Source of the DNA: Guillardia theta CCMP2712
Lineage: Eukaryota > Protista > Cryptophyta
Assembly: GCF_000315625.1 (NCBI RefSeq)
Contig: NW_005434650.1
Location: 400,005 to 464,004 of the forward strand
DNA length: 64,000 bases
Direction: 5' to 3'
A model generated the notes under the pieces. The model did not search any database, was not told where the DNA came from, and was given only the letters and a program-made list of their open reading frames with translations. Positions 1-10,512 of this stretch are shown in pieces; positions within the stretch are counted from its first letter, which is position 1; each line of letters begins with the position of its first letter. The translations under genes and the position numbers were made by a program.

Positions 1-1236
1 GAGAAAGAAGTTATTCGTGAAATTCCAGTTGAAAAAGTCGTCGTCAAGGAGGTAAGGCTGGCGACTTGATCTTGATTTCCTTTGCACATTCTTGTCTTCA
101 TCACCCCCGCTCCCTCTCGCTGGCTTGTAGAGCTGAAGCTATTTGCAATGTCAGGTTCCCTTCGAAGTGGAGAAGATTGTCACCCGAGATGTGGAGGTCC
201 TGATCGACAAGATAGTGATCAAAGAAATCATCCAAGAGATTCCAGTCGAAAAAGTCGTACAGAGGGAGGTGCGCAACCCACGACTTTAGGTTTGAAAGCG
301 CTGAATGAATTGAAGGTGCCGGTTGAAAAGTTCTTTGAGAAAGTGTATGAGAAGCATATCGAAGTCCCAGTGGAGAAGGTGGTAAATGTGGAAGTTCCCG
401 TCGACAGAATTGTATACAAGGAAAGGGAGTCTCCCCCTCCAGAACGTGAGCATTGAATCTCATCCTTGCTTTGATAGAGCTGACTTATATCACAAGGTCG
501 AATGGTTGGTATCGGACTGATGCTCGAGCGACTCTCAAACGTTGTTTCTTGTTTAATGCTCCGCAACTCTCTAAGGGTTTCGGCGTCACAGGAATACTAC
601 ACCTACGTAGAAGAGATCGTCCCTGGCTTTGCGGCAGACCTGAGCGGCCAGATACAAGTGACTGGGATGTTCAGGATGTTGCAGCCCCTCACTCTCCTTG
701 TCTCAGGTCGGTGACATCGTCTTGTACGTCAACGACATCTCCCTGGAGGGGATGCCCCTCGACGACATCAAGCAGGCAAGCAGAATGATGTCTAGACCTC
801 CTCAATAACGCCTGGTAACTCCCAGCTCACCGTCGGACCTGAGGGGACGGTGTGCTCCTTGAAGTTAATGCGCGGCGAGGAGTAAGGAGTAGGGCTGGTT
901 GCCGAAGACTGACTCATGTTTCATTCAGACTGTTTGCTGTCAATCTATTCCGAAGGAGTGCTATGTCGTTGAACCCAAACAACTACGATGCTGCACTAAG
1001 GGTGAGAGAGACGAAGAAGAAAGTATCTGCTTGTGTTGGTTGACCCTAGACACATAGATCACGAGCTTTGAATCGTTTCAAGAGTCTGAGAACAACAGCT
1101 ATCAAGAGAGGGACCATGACCGCAGCAGGTCATCTTCGAATAATACGAACTACAACGGACAAAAAGGTTTTTCTTTGAATGATCCGAGATTTACGTTAAC
1201 CGTGCAGATGATCGCAGAGTACGCATTTCGTTTTGA
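1..1236 (+). CDS. 3' part of a multi-exon gene: articulin/alveolin-like VPV-repeat protein with C-terminal PDZ domain (5' truncated by window)
   Basis: Exons give EKEVIREIPVEKVVVKE / KHIEVPVEKVVNVEVPVDRIVYKE repeats, then GIGLMLER..YVEEIVPGFAADLSGQIQ-VGDIVLYVNDISLEGMPLDDIKQ-LTVGPEGTVCSLKLMRG (PDZ); inferred last exon DDRRVRISF* with TGA at 1234-1236. Confidence 0.8.
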
Positions 1237-1362
1237 ACCACGTTATGACTTGAACATCTAGTGCCAACCATTAGCTGCTGCATTTATTGAGTACTGAGAT
1301 AGACTGTATTCATTCTTGTTCACTTTTCATTACAAGTTTGGGGTCGGAAGAACGAAACAAGA

Positions 1363-3520
1363 CTAGCAACTATTGCTAGTCTTGAAACCACGATGATTGC
1401 GCCGACTGATATTTGACTCGTCAAAGTATAGCCCAACCATGACACACTTACTTGTACAACTCCCATCAATGCAGGACCAGAGTAGGAGAAGTTGGTCCGG
1501 ACAAACTCGCATCTGGTATGGATATCAGATTTCAAATTTAAAGGCAAGAGGCTCGCTCACGGAGGAATGTACATGATTCGCTGATCTCCGTCGACTCCCA
1601 GCCCAACCCGGTCCCTTTCCAACAAATACTCGATGAAACCGTCTGTGGCACGAAATGAAACACTGCAACAGTCCCTCTTCTCGGTTTACCATAACCTGCT
1701 TGATCGTTCGGAGTGCAAGGCTGGAAGTATAAGATGGAAGCAGTTTCAAGAGTTACAAAGTTGCTCAGCTTCAGGTCACTGTCAGGACAGCTAACGCGCA
1801 AGGAACAGGCTTACATGTGCTATGGGAAATCGTCGCTCAACCACCAAATGAGCAGATATCTCATGACATTGCTGCCCCCCCACGTTGTAGATGTTCAAGT
1901 CACACACGACTTTTCCGCTCTTAAAGAGTGTTGACTGCCATGATGGAATCGACGTTATGATCGGGTAGATACTGCAACAAGCATGTCATGGAACAACTTG
2001 AAGAGACAGAGATCAGGGATCAACCTTTTCCAACAGTCGTCATCATGCAAGCGGAGTGTGGGATGCAGGAATTTCCAGGCCTGCTCATCGTGCTTGAGGT
2101 ATGGCCAGACCTGGTCACGAGCAATCAAAACTGAAATTCACACGTGGGCAACCTTGAGACAGAGTCTCTTCCACAGCGATTCATCAGATCCGAGCTCCTT
2201 GAGCCTCTCGTTCATTCCCGTGATCTGGCACCACTGAGCTTGCAAGACCATCGCCCCCTCGACTCACTTTCATGAGGGTGTGGCCATCAAGTTTGGCCAA
2301 GATCGTCGACACCATGAAGTCCGGAAGGTCGCCCAGAAGCTTTTCACCATTGAAATCCTTAGCAGCAGGAATGTCTTCCAGCGATCCCGTAAAAGGAGGA
2401 GGCTCCCATGCCATGTCGTCGTCTGAACTGCTGTAATCCTGCTTAGAAAATCAGCACATTACCGTTGCGCCGCCTCATGGCCACCTCGGAGATATCGAAA
2501 TCTGGGGGCAGGACGGAAGGGATGTCGTACGAGCTCTGGTAGCAACTCGTCAGGAGGAAGAGGAGAGTTAGCTAGAGTGCCTTTTGCAGCTCCAAAAGAA
2601 TTCTATCTCGCAAGAGGCCAGCGGATTCTGCGGAGAACAAATCAAGGGCTGGGGAGCAACCAAGCAAACAGAGCGATTCAACTTGTTTTCAACTCAGGGT
2701 TGTCTTCGAATGATTGCACTATGTCCTTCAGACTTGACGGCACTCCACGTCAGGATGTATTCTGCGATCGAAACTTGTGCAGGCTCACCTGTTGAGAAGG
2801 TAGGGAACCGTGTCCCGCTCGTGAAACGGAGCATCGCTCTCCCTGCCGTCACCTGTCGTGCACGCGTCACGCTCTCACAGTCGCCCTTCACGCTGCATTC
2901 CTGCTGGCAACAGCTCTTGGCAGAGCATGGGAGCCTCGTGGGGGATTGCGCTGCTTGACGACGCAGGAGCTACGGGGAGATCGAGCGAGCGCTGCGGAGA
3001 CTCACGAGAACGCGTGAATCGTGAGGCGCGATGGTGGGACCGCGAGGTCCCGCCGAGCAAGCCCCTCGCCTCTCCTCCCCTCTCTTGCATGCTGCCCGTC
3101 ACGTTTGGCTGCCCTGGGCCCATTGAGAGGTTCGCCATCATGGATTCGTCGGCCCCGAGCTCGGAGGAGAAGTCATGCGAGCGGTTCTCGTGGACGGTGT
3201 CACTGCACACCCAGCACAAAAGCGGGAACATCAGAGGCAGGTGATCTCTGCCACAAGATTCACCTGCATACTGAATGCTCCAGGTTCTGAACTTCGTCTC
3301 TCGCCTCCTCTCTCAGTCGAAGGTGTGAGGAATTATCCCATGTGCTGTTTCTACCCGATCCGAGATGAATCGTCCTTGGCTTCAGCAAGCCATTCACCAA
3401 CTCATTCAGCTGAGACCCTCGACCGTTTCCAAACGAGTTCGGCGAGTTTGAGTTGTCACCAGCAAGAGAAAGCTCGCAAGCGAGGACCAAGAACATTGCC
3501 AGGGACAGCGTGGGGCGCAT
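1363..3520 (-). CDS. F-box protein with N-terminal signal peptide (multi-exon; 3' end and exon continuity uncertain)
   Basis: [21 protein letters not shown] at ATG 3520; spliced [51 protein letters not shown] fits F-box pattern (L..LP....IL..L....LW..LC). Confidence 0.6.
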
Positions 3521-4091
3521 GCTGCTATCGATTACTCTCACGATCCCTCCTCTTCCATCTCTACCGGACCTTCTCACCTACATCCTCGTCGCCATAGCCA
3601 CAGCTCATGTCCATTTCTCCTGCTCCTCTCCTGCTCCTCTCCTCTCCTCCCCGTCTCCGACCTGTCATCACTTTGCCATGGATAAAGACTCTGAGGTGAG
3701 CCCAGTACAGAGACTGTCGGGGAACAAACAGTCTTTGGAGCAAAGCAGAAACAGTCTAGACAACTGGAGGAAATCGATCATGAGAGAGAAACTTTGTCCA
3801 CTGCTGTTGATGGGCTGAGCAGGCTGGACTGAGACGGGAATGGTTGCCTTCTAAACAAACCGATATAGCGACATTCTAGTCCCAATCCTACGAGTCAGTT
3901 TGCCACGCATGGTATCAGATTTATTACACCAGTAAGAAACTTGGCAAGTTTCAATTCCTGGCCTTGGTCGACCTCCCTCCGACCGCTGAGATGCCGCGCA
4001 ATCGAACTCAATCTGCTGCCGTCAGCCAGTGCCGTGCGAGCCCCAGGGCTCGTCCAGGGTCCTCAGGGCACTTGTGATTTCCAAATGGGTT

Positions 4092-5150
4092 TTACTTCTT
4101 GTACACGAGGTAGCAGGCCGTCGATATGGTAGCAAGGATGGCGCCGATGCCATTGGGTCCCCACACGTAGATGTCACTGATTGCCCGTCCGTACATGAAC
4201 CAGAACAGACCGTTAAGAATGCCTGCGTCACAACATGAATCAGCAACAGTGATTGAGCATGCCGCATGCCTTACCAGCCACGGTCAGCAAGGGATCGATG
4301 GATTGAGCGTTCTTAGTCTTGATCACCGTAGAGATAGTTGCGAGAGGTGAGCAGTAGTAGATCATCAACAGCGCAATCCCAACTCTGCCGATCACTTCCT
4401 TGGCAGGGATGCTAAAAACTCCCGAGAAGGCAGCGATGATGGCCAAGCCGATGGCAGAGGCATAACTAACAAACGACTTCATGATGGATGACTTCTGCTG
4501 GACGCTGCCCATGGCATGGCCGGTGTAGGTGAAGAAAAGTCCAAGTGACAAGCCCACGATGTTAGGGATGACAATCCAGACGTTCTGTTGTGCCAGTGAG
4601 AGACCCAGTGGAAGATTAGATAAAATGCAAGTGAACCTTCACAAGAAGTGCATAGGTGAGCCAGGCAGCACAGTTTCCGCACTGCGCTGGATAGGGCTGG
4701 AGATTCAACTCGCCCAGGGCCCCATCCTTCTGAGCCTTGAGAACAGCTGGGAGGGGTGAAGAGAACATTGCAATGGAGACGAGAAGCCCACAAAGAGGAG
4801 CCAACGTCTTAAGAACAAGATCGCTGGACAAAACTGAAGCTTTCGTTGCTGTAGCTCCTCCTCTGTATCCAAAAACACATTTCAGCACAAAGGAACATGA
4901 GAAGCAGGTCAAACCGGAGGTTGCTTCGAGAGAGTACGAATTGCTTTTGCTTGAGGGAAATACCAAATGGTCTTGAAAAACTTGGCTTCCAGGTAGTAGC
5001 CTTTGAACCAGAAAGTCCGATGGAAGTTGAGACCAATGCATTTGCACTGAGAGGAAGAAGCAAGGTGCAGAGAAGCAGAAACGACCTGCAAGTGGGAACG
5101 TGAGAGCAGTCATAGGTCATTGCCGCCCAGATTTGACAGCCAGGCATCAT
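4092..5150 (-). CDS. SWEET: SWEET (MtN3/saliva) sugar transporter with signal+transit-like N-terminal extension
   Basis: Two MtN3 repeats: MFSSPLPAVLKAQKDGALGELNLQPYPAQCGNCAAWLTYALL and YYCSPLATISTVIKTKNAQSIDPLLTVAG-ILNGLFWFMYG..DIYVWGPNGIG; stop at 4092-4094; start codon uncertain. Confidence 0.9.
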
Positions 5151-5561
5151 TCTTCTCTCTAAAAACAATTACACAGACAATGAGAGGATCTTAAGTGGCT
5201 GTAGATCTCAACGGCAAAGAGCAAGGTTTCAATCGCGCTGCCAACTTGTGTGCCTCTGTAAGGAGAAACTTCTAGTTTCCCTCGAGGTAACATGCTCAAT
5301 CTTCAACAAGTCGCTGCCATGAAATTTCCCTAGTCATCTCAGATTTTCCGCTCTTGTCTCCCTATCCACCCCTCCTCTCCGCTTCCCTCCCCTCCCCTCC
5401 ATCTTTTACCTTCCTGCCATGGTAACGGGGAATAATCGATGGGTTTCAACCGTGGGGTAGGGTGAATCTGCCACCGGTATTTATTCCTACAAAGAGATCT
5501 TGATATGGGGGGTGAGACAGCTTGGTAGGCCCTCATTTTTGGGGCAACTTGAACAGTAAAA

Positions 5562-5990
5562 AGGCCGTCGCTTGCGTGGTTGTAGCAACGGTTTTCGCTG
5601 CCTCCTTCGTTTCCTAGTATTTTATTGAGGCGGGTTTGTAGGCTTTATCCTCGTCCTCCTTTGCATCTGAAGCTGTCGATGGAGGTAAGTGGAAGCACAG
5701 GCGCCTGTTATCTCAAGATACCGCAGGATCATTTTTCAAGGATTGACGAGCAATGCACAAAGATTGAGAAACGACTTGCAGAAGACAAGCAAAGTATGTG
5801 CCGCCGCGGATCGATCGAGCGATCGCCGACAAATGTGATGATTTCTAGACGAATGGTGATGATTTGTACAGGTCTAGAGGGGAAAATTGTGGGTCTTGCA
5901 ACAGAAATCGTCGAAAATAATCAGAGTATACCGCAACGACTCGAGTGGTCTTCGAACAGAAATCGTCGAGAATAATCAGAGTATACCGCA
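5562..5990 (+). pseudogene. Internally deleted direct copy of the 10282-11810 region (putative nuclease locus)
   Basis: 5562-5663 matches 10282-10383, then jumps to match 11561-11810 (LKLSMEVSGSTGACYLKIPQDHFSRID...); ~1.18 kb missing. Confidence 0.85.
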
Positions 5991-6057
5991 ACGATAGATC
6001 GAGCGAGATACGAAAGCCCGCGACGCGAAAAGGATGGCTGATCTCGCCATCTCCACA

Positions 6058-7085
6058 TCGATGACCTGCATATCGCTAGCCCCGCACGACCTGCACGCGT
6101 CTCGCAGGACGCGGGCGAGGGTCGTCGTACTCGAGCTTGACGATGCAGTCTCCCTCCTGCACGCCCTTGGCATGAGCCTCGGAGTCAGCCTTGACACGGC
6201 TGACGCGGATGGGGACGGCGAAGGCGTCTCGCTCTCGAAGGCGAGCACAGATGCCCCAGCTCTCTGACTCGAAGTCGACAACCAGCTGCCTTGTCTTGTG
6301 CATGCTGGTCACAGCAAGGAGTCAAGAGCAGAGCAGCAAGGAGACGACACGGGAAGATGACAGCTCAGATATCGCCACAAAGACCTCGCTGAGACCCACA
6401 CGTACAGACAAGCGCTCAAGCGAGGCTAGAGCGCAGGGACGAGCGGAGGAGGAGGAGGATGTGTCAGGCGAGAGCGAAGGGGTGTGGGATGACGAGATGA
6501 GTGCAGAGTCACGCCCACACACGCAGGCAGCGGCCCGGACACATCATCGGACAGGTCAGCCAGCAGCTCGGGCGAGAGCAAGATAGCACATCAAGGTACT
6601 CTCTAACAACTACGTGCGGGCAAGAGCTGGCCGAGGGTGAGCTAGAAGGGCGTCAAGAGTCCAAGGGAGCAAGCCGGCCGTGCCAGCACTCTCGGGTCAG
6701 GGAAGCGCAGGCGAGTAGAGGACGGGAGGACGGGAGCGTGGCAAGGGGGGAGGTGGGTGGGGGCAGGTTTGTGGGTGAGGACAGGAAGGGACTGAGGTTG
6801 ATGATGGAAGGCTGTGGGTTTCGCCGTACCCGTGGGTTTGACGGGAATGGAAGGGAAGGAAGGGGGTGTGGTGGGGTGACCCTTCTTATCTAGTGCACTC
6901 TGTTCGAAAACAAGGCGGAGAGACAGGGGTGGGTGGGGGCAGGTTTGTGGGTGAGGACAGGAAGGGACTGAGGTTGATGATGGAAGGCGGGGAGTGACGA
7001 TGACGGGGAGGAATGGGCGACATAGATCACGCCATGGTGTAGGGCGACCTTGATACGCAATAGAGGAGAGCAAGATGTAGCAATT
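6058..7085 (-). pseudogene. Truncated, frameshifted third copy of the PDZ-TFIIB unit (upstream region + 5' ORF)
   Basis: Reverse complement of ~12159-13275; ~68-bp deletion at 6120, ~19-bp deletion at 6480, replaced segment ~6752-6812; ends within the zinc ribbon. Confidence 0.9.
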
Positions 7086-7121
7086 GCTTGCGGTGTGTAT
7101 GATCCATGTACAATATGTACA

Positions 7122-7127
7122 TTTATT
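7122..7127 (-). terminator. Putative polyadenylation signal AATAAA of the intact PDZ-TFIIB gene
   Basis: tttatt on + strand, ~57 nt downstream of the stop at 7184. Confidence 0.4.
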
Positions 7128-7183
7128 CAATCAAAATCATCTCTCACCCCTGCCATGGAGATGCCTGACAGGAGGCGCTGCGC

Positions 7184-8263
7184 TCATCTTCTCCCTCCCA
7201 CCGTCACCGCTGGCTTGGACTCTCGCTGACAGTCCCTCGCCTTGATCCTCCCCTGCAGATACGACGCCCCGACCCCGCACGCCTCTGCCACCTTCCTCAA
7301 GTCCGCCTTCCCCCCCGCTCTCCCTGCCCACACCTTGTAGATCAGCTCGGCGGCTACAGTAGCGGGAGCGCCCTGGATGTGGCTGCCTGACTGCAGCCTG
7401 ACGGCGTCTGCAGCATAGCTCTGCGGGAGGTCGAGCCTCCCTAGGAAGCGATCGAGCAGCTGGTCGTAGGCCTGCGGCCTCGTGCCCTGGTTCCGCTTCA
7501 TGGCGCATCTCGAGACTTTGTAGAAGGCCGCCCCCGTCGCCTGACAGACCTCCCGCATCGTGCGAGACTGGCCGAGCTCCTTGCAGGCCAGAAACAGAGC
7601 TGCAGACACGTACACAACCAGCCTGCTCTTGTTGCGAGGCATGCGGGCTGCGATCCCCAAGGCCTCCTGCCGGACCTGCTGGGTGACCTCGAGCTTCTCG
7701 CCGAGCTCGCTGATCAGGCCTCTGAGCTCGGCCATGTAGGGGTCTGGGACGTCAGCGGCGCCGAGCTTAGCCCTCTTACTGCAGCCGGCGCGGGCGTCGT
7801 CGCCATCGACGGGTCTCTTGGAGCCAGCAGCTGGGCCGCTGCTGCCCCCGGCGCACGTCGGGCTCTTGGGCCCCTCTACCAAGACGAACTGGTAGGGAGA
7901 CGAGCGATGGACGACGCCGCAATGCGTGCAGACGACGATCGCGTCTCGCTCGATGACCTGCATGTCGCTAGCCCCGCACGACCTGCACGCGTCTCGCAGG
8001 ACGCGGGCGAGGGTGACCCTACAGCTGCCCCCCGCGAGCAGCTTGGGGTGTCTGCCGTCGTGACGGACGTACTCTACGGTGTCGTCGTACTCGAGCTTGA
8101 CGATGCAGTCTCCCTCCTGCACGCCCTTGGCATGAGCCTCGGAGTCAGCCTTGACGCGGCTGACGCGGATGGGGACGGCGAAGGCGTCTCGCTCTCGAAG
8201 GCGAGCACAGATGCCCCAGCTCTCTGACTCGAAGTCGACAACCAGCTGCCTTGTCTTGTGCAT
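7184..8263 (-). CDS. Intronless TFIIB-related factor with N-terminal PDZ-like domain (complete copy)
   Basis: Zn ribbon CRSCGASDMQVIERDAIVVCTHCG; cyclin repeat 1 (SAALFLACKELGQSRTMREVCQATG); repeat 2 (LDRFLGRLDLP..PATVAAELIY..DLRKVAEACGVGASYLQGRIK); N-terminal VSRVKADSEAHAKGVQEGDCIVKL is PDZ-like; first ATG 8263. Confidence 0.85.
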   Translation of the reverse strand: MHKTRQLVVDFESESWGICARLRERDAFAVPIRVSRVKADSEAHAKGVQEGDCIVKLEYDDTVEYVRHDGRHPKLLAGGSCRVTLARVLRDACRSCGASDMQVIERDAIVVCTHCGVVHRSSPYQFVLVEGPKSPTCAGGSSGPAAGSKRPVDGDDARAGCSKRAKLGAADVPDPYMAELRGLISELGEKLEVTQQVRQEALGIAARMPRNKSRLVVYVSAALFLACKELGQSRTMREVCQATGAAFYKVSRCAMKRNQGTRPQAYDQLLDRFLGRLDLPQSYAADAVRLQSGSHIQGAPATVAAELIYKVWAGRAGGKADLRKVAEACGVGASYLQGRIKARDCQRESKPAVTVGGRR

Positions 8264-8876
8264 GCTGGTCACAGCAAGGAGTCAAGAGCAGAGCAGCAAG
8301 GAGACGACACGGGCAGATGACAGCTCAGATATCGCCACAAAGACCTCGCTGAGACCCACACGTACAGACAAGCGCTCAAGCGAGGCTAGAGCGCAGGGAC
8401 GAGCGGAGGAGGAGGAGGATGTGTCAGGCGAGAGCGAAGGGTCAGGTCAGTAGTCTAGGGGTGTGGGATGACGAGATGAGTGCAGAGTCACGCCCACACA
8501 CGCAGGCAGCGGCCCGGACACATCATCGGACAGGTCAGCCAGCAGCTCGGGCGAGAGCAAGATAGCACATCAAGGTACTCTCTAACAACTACGTGCGGGC
8601 AAGAGCTGGCCGAGGGTGAGCTAGAAGGGCGTCAAGAGTCCAAGGGAGCAAGCCGGCCGTGCCAGCACTCTCGGGTCAGGGAAGCGCAGGCGAGTAGAGG
8701 ACGGGAGGACGGGAGCGTGGCAAGGGGGGAAGGGAACGAGCGTTGCCATAGAGAGTCCCCTTCCCTAGGTAATTATAGCCTGCCTTGACTGCGTTTGTGG
8801 GTTTCGCCGTACCCGTGGGTTTGAGCGGAATGGAAGGGAAGGAAGGGGGTGTGGTGGGGTGACCCTTCTTATCTAG
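7243..8876 (-). repeat. Left arm of 1634-bp inverted repeat (partner 12350-13983)
   Basis: Reverse-complement match from tgatcctcccc.. (7243) to ..cttatctag (8876); only a handful of substitutions seen. Confidence 0.95.
8770..8777 (-). promoter_or_regulatory. TATA-like TATAATTA upstream of PDZ-TFIIB (mirrored at 12449-12456 on +)
   Basis: Isolated AT-rich octamer in a GC-rich upstream region, ~500 nt before the ATG; replaced in the broken third copy. Confidence 0.3.
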
Positions 8877-9209
8877 CTAGTGCACGCTATCGAGAACAAA
8901 GGGGTCCTTGGACTTGAGCCTGGTTTTGATTTTGGGTTTAGTTCAGCACGTGCGACAGGGCATGGTTGAATGGAGATTGGGGCACGGTCGACAAAGGAGA
9001 TAGACAGCACGACAGAGTGGCATGAATGGATTGATTTATGATTACTATCAAAGGATATAGATTAGTAATGATTCAAAGACACAAATGTCCGTTTTGATTG
9101 TTGAGATGCAATGTTTCAGCAGTTGTACATATTAATCAAGAAAAACATAGATCCCATGTTTTAAGACCTTCAAGTAGTTACATGCGATTTATGAATGACG
9201 TTTTTACAG

Positions 9210-9521
9210 GCTCAAGAAGGTTTCTGCATAAGGCATCCAAAGTAGAATGCTGCCTAAAGAGACGACAGGAGAAGTAATTGACAGTGCATGTTTGAAGGCC
9301 CTCGGCTCTCAACAATCCACCGTGATCGATGAGGAATACATCCCTGCGAAGAAGGCAGGGAAGGTTCTCAACAAGTTCCTAGAGGAAGATGATCAACAAA
9401 CGTACATAGACTCTGACAGGTGAGCAAATGTGCATCTGATCATGCTCCTTGTCTGCCGTTTTGACACCATTTCAGAAAAACGATTCTCTCCACTCTCCAT
9501 GCATCAATCATGAAACAATAA
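9210..9521 (+). pseudogene. 3' fragment of an unidentified spliced gene with an in-frame stop
   Basis: Acceptor tttttacag; LKKVSA*GIQSRMLPKETTGEVIDSACLKALGSQQSTVIDEEYIPAKKAGKVLNKFLEEDDQQTYIDSDR; gtgagc..ttcag intron; KTILSTLHASIMKQ*. Confidence 0.4.
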
Positions 9522-10512
9522 TTTGTAAATTATCAAGAACATCAGAATGATGAATGACCTTTATCTCTTGATGTATTTTACTCTTTCGATCCCTCCTGCC
9601 TATCCCACGCACAGAAATACTTGTGCTAAGCTCACGGTTTCTTTAAGGGTGACGAATATCAGCAAAAGTTGTAAAACTATTCGAAATTCTGGAACACATG
9701 ACATCTCCGGGGGCACTGTGACACAATTCAAGGTCTGTTGTTGCATATCATAACTGTCGTTGGACTTCACTGCTGTGAACAAGCAATCTTACTCATCTGT
9801 GGCCCTCATCGTATGTTCGAGCAAACTTTCCTTCACATGAACCGACAAAATTTTCCAGATCTACAGACATCACAACGAGTGCCATGATCCCTCAACAGGG
9901 ACAGCACAACTGCCGCAACTCGAATGAATTTTCAAGTCTCATAAGAATTCCATCAGACTCTAATCAGAATGAAGATGGGATCAAATGAGGATGAGATTGA
10001 TTGAAGGATTATGACGATTGATGGTAGGGTTATGACGAGATACAGGCATTTTTATGAGTTAATTGATGATGACACCGACAGTAGAAAAGAGAGAGGGAAG
10101 GACGCGAGGTCTCCACAGGATGCTTTCAGTCGCAGTACTGTCCGTTTGTTGCAGCACTTTCATCACATATCCTGGAACCTGTACTTGAGTCATTGTCTCG
10201 TCTCCGATGATTGTAAAACATCCTTTCACTCTCTTCTCCATTTGCTAATACCTTCTTGGTCCATTACTGACTTTAGCGTACAGGCCGTCGCTTGCGTGGT
10301 TGGAGTGCCGGTTTTCGCTGCCTCCTTCGTTTCCTAGTATTTTATTGAGGCGGGTTTGTTGGCTCTATCCTCCCCCTCCTTTGTTTGCTTCGGTTTGTCC
10401 TTCTTTTTCAGTCAATAAAGTACGGACTTTAGCGTCGTGAGTTGGCGCCAAATCTGAGGCCACAGACTTTCCTTGAACAGTGGGGAGGACCCCCCATCTG
10501 TTACTACCATAG

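Noticed and set aside
7107-7122. Hairpin ATGTACA-ATA-TGTACAT beside the TFIIB polyA signal (giant-virus hairpin termination?)
   Set aside because: 7-bp stem is too short to be meaningful; a canonical AATAAA is adjacent.
7907-8788. Repeated antisense ORFs (106, 100, 102 aa) in the arms and third copy
   Set aside because: Shadow frames of GC-rich duplicated DNA; their identity reflects the duplication only.
8845-8880. CTAG at the arm end as a Helitron 3' terminus
   Set aside because: No tight subterminal GC hairpin, other copies continue past the CTAG, and no Rep/helicase gene is present.
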